This document shows, in pieces, positions 61,301 to 64,000 of a stretch of DNA of 64,000 bases; position 1 is the first letter of the stretch; each line of letters begins with the position of its first letter. The translations under genes were made by a program, and so were the position numbers. Location: assembly GCA_044892525.1 (NCBI GenBank), contig CM097888.1, positions 37,262,001 to 37,326,000 of the forward strand. Reading direction: 5' to 3'. Below the pieces are notes generated by a model, which saw nothing but the letters and a program-made list of their open reading frames with translations, made no database searches and was not told the origin of the DNA. The stretch is from Schmidtea polychroa. Taxonomy: Eukaryota.

Positions 61301-64000
61301 ATAGTGTTATCAGAATTGAAACATGGGATGGCTGGAATGAATTTTTGCATCTGAGTTCTTTGGGTTTTACAAATCAAGTATTAAAACTTATTAAGGATGA
61401 AAAAGATGAAAAAGATGAAAAAGGTGAAAAAGATGAAATACTTATCAGATATCAAAAAAAGGTTATTGTTAAAAAATGTCCATATTGATTTAATTTTTAA
61501 AAATAATTTTTTTCAATTTAATAATTGAAGAAAATTTATGTTTCCCGAAGTTTATCGAACTTGACGATATTTGTAATGATTGGCATATTGAAATAGAGAG
61601 AAAGATAATAAATATTTATTATTTTAAATTTACTGCTAATTTAGACGTTTATAAATGTATAAAATTGAAAATTATTACCCAAAACTAATTCAACTTTTAT
61701 TATTTATGATCTAACTTATACGGCAGTTCCACATATATAATTGTCCATGTAACAATGCATGGTTGTAACGCTATTTAAAGGTTTAAATGAATACTAATTG
61801 ATTATTAGTTATTTATTAATTTTTATTTAATATTTCCACATATTTTATATATAATTTTTGAATATAAAAATATCTTTAGGAAGTGAATTATCTGTGTTTT
61901 GATTTATACAGTGCTGGAACATAAAAATAATTAATTATCTAAAATTGAAATTTAAACCGTCATTTAGACTAGTTTATAGCTAGCCGTCATAACTAGTTTA
62001 CAATAATAATTTATCCACCCGTGTTCCTCAAACAAATATTAAAATAATTATTTAAATAAACAAAAAATTTTAATTAGGGTTGTAAGTTAAATCATGTTTG
62101 ATTATTTCATTGACTTTAGAGCCATAAATACAGGCAATCTTATGGAATCATGTATAAATTCCATATGAATTGCTTGTCTTGTCTAAACTTTTTATGGAAT
62201 ACATCAGCCACTGTCTAGATTTCAATTGTGAATTATGTAGACTGAAATAAATTGTTTTATAAAAAATTCAAAAATTAAATTTAAATTAGTGATTAATTTA
62301 CAAATTTAACATCGAATTTTTGTCTAAAATTAATAATATTAAATTGGAAATTTTAAGAGTCTTCTATTTTATAAGTTTTTTTGTTAAAATATTGGTTTTT
62401 ATAATATAATTGAATTGTTTTATCGTTTGAATATTTAAAATAATTTGAAATTGTAAATTTAATCATTATCAATAATAATAATAATAATTGAAAGAGTAGA
62501 ATGCACGTTTCAGTTAAAACGGAAAATTGCTAATAAAAATTTAAATTGTATTTATCAAATTACATAAATTTTTATATAAACATTTAAATTAATAAATTAA
62601 AGTAAACTTAAAATATATATTATTACTTAATTAATAAATTAAACCAGCATTGAAATCAACATCAAAATTAAAAGAAGAAAAGCCTCGAAGATATTTGTTT
62701 TAATATGAAGGGAAAAGCTAGGTTTGTGAAGATATAATAAATTTTAGTTAAGTGATTTTATTGCAGTGATTTTATTAAGTGATTTTATTATTGGATACCG
62801 AAAATGAATTTGATGTCGTTGCTGCTAATAATAAGAATAAGAATAAAATAAACAGTACAAGCTTTGTGATACCAAGTGCAAATCCCAATAGTAGACTAGT
62901 TTTGAGCTTTTGGCTCTCATCAGTACTATGCAGGAGACGCGAAGATTTCTCTTCGCGCCAGGTAAGTATACAATATTGCTGATTCAACTCTATTGCATAC
63001 TTTCCCCGGTACACTGGAAATCACATCGTTTGCAAATTAGCTTGGTCACAGAAAAAATCTGTAAACTTGTAAACATGGCGTATGAAAAATCATAATCACC
63101 TCTGCGGACTAAAAAATTAGTCGATACACAGATACTGTTTACAAGTGCATCCGATTACCTATAGAATTTTTAACTTATAAAGTAATGGTGTATCACAAAG
63201 CTTGTACTGTTTATTTTATTCAAGTGAGACATCCGAAAAAAAATTTTACACCATTACTTTATAAGAATAAGAATAATAATTTATAATTCAATGATGTGTA
63301 TTTTAATTTGTAAAATTTCTTCATAATGTGTAATTTTTTCTGAAAAGATTTTTTTAAAATATCAAATTTATAGGTCGCTATGTATATAGCTGCACATTTT
63401 GGACATGTCGATTTGGCGTTAACTATGTGTAAAAGAGGGATCACGCCAGGTGAACCGGTTGGTTTGCATCCGTTGCGTCAATGGTGTCCAAATAACCAAC
63501 ACGTTGATAATTTAAAAGCTCCAATTCACGAAGCAGTTGAATGCGGACAGTTGGGAGTCCTTCGAAGTTTTGTACACCAAAATATTACAAGCATTCTTTG
63601 TAAGGATGGCCATGGACTTCAACCACTTAATATTGCATTAAGAAAGAAAATAAAAACTTGTGCCTCTTTTCTTCTTAGTAAACAATGGAGTCGCATTCCA
63701 TTTAATGGTAGCACAATCACATTGTCAATATTCAATAAATTAAAGAAATGGACGGAAAGAGCGAAAGAAAAAACAAGTCTGAGCTTAAATTCAGATAAAC
63801 CTACTGCAAAACCAAGACATTTTCAATCATTCCCATTAGTTGGACAAGGGATTTATATTGATGGATATTCAGCTGATCAAATTAGTAGTAGATCTAAATT
63901 TCCGCCGAAAAAAACCATCAAATCAACTAATATCGAAGCATACTATCGAAATCTCTATGGGATTTCTCCTGAACAATATTTTGAAATTCCTGTTATCAAA
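55378..64000 (+). CDS. ANKUB1: Ankyrin repeat and ubiquitin domain-containing protein 1; exons 55378-55745, 61203-61461, 63374 to window end
   Basis: MRVFITYE..., WILSDLSITPGSTLK, VSDLRSL|..GLPCSVF, ETWDGWNEFL, YQKK|VAMYIAAHFGHV, EPVGLHPLRQWC, APIHEAVECGQL, LLSKQWS follow ANKUB1 as recalled; phase-consistent GT-AG junctions. Confidence 0.92.
56183..57290 (-). mobile_element. Internally deleted Tigger/pogo derivative in ANKUB1 intron 1
   Basis: MSGRTKCK...KKRKWLTLE*KLSVI (HTH start) fused to a C-terminal tail CYKEMYEEKRQKKVQTSLLKFL; repeated CCGTACT subterminal motifs; ends approximate. Confidence 0.6.
62888..62929 (-). ncRNA. Minimal type I hammerhead ribozyme motif, one core substitution (G12 to A)
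   Basis: ATAGTA CTGATGA GAGC-CAAAA-GCTC AAA AC-TA-GT C TACTAT: 6-bp stem I, 4-bp stem II, palindromic ACTAGT stem III, GUC triplet. Confidence 0.7.

Noticed and set aside
1-64000. CRISPR arrays, tRNA or rRNA genes, prokaryotic operons
   Set aside because: None seen; the sequence is intron-containing eukaryotic DNA.

Overview
AT-rich eukaryotic DNA, probably a planarian flatworm (inferred from 37-41 bp introns, strong AT bias and the transposon spectrum), with three N gaps (15242-15384, 23542-23703, 51456-51630). Host genes: the first four exons of a DHRS4-like SDR (minus, 24246-24819), a multi-exon gene of unknown function (plus, about 33901-42718), and ANKUB1 (plus, 55378 to window end). 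An eIF3f-like pseudogene lies at about 22130-22920. The rest is mostly transposons: Ty3/gypsy pieces, hAT, pogo/Tigger, mariner, piggyBac and MITEs. Main finding: a family of very large LTR-like units that start TGTTG, carry an A-rich tract with inverted-CCAAT and TATA boxes, and end CCAACA. Two are complete solo units with exact 4-bp target-site duplications (4060-7163, ATGA; 35566-40275, GTAG). They carry inside them a spliced gene for a ~250-aa coiled-coil/NLS/acidic-tail protein, called family F here (four copies in the window, one intact, mostly synonymous divergence), followed by a conserved non-coding block. Also notable: a signal peptide-FN3-like-TM ORF at the env position of a gypsy remnant, a gag-less gypsy with 112-bp LTRs 155 bp upstream of DHRS4, and a minimal hammerhead ribozyme motif antisense in an ANKUB1 intron. 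All calls were made by eye; no database searches were run.
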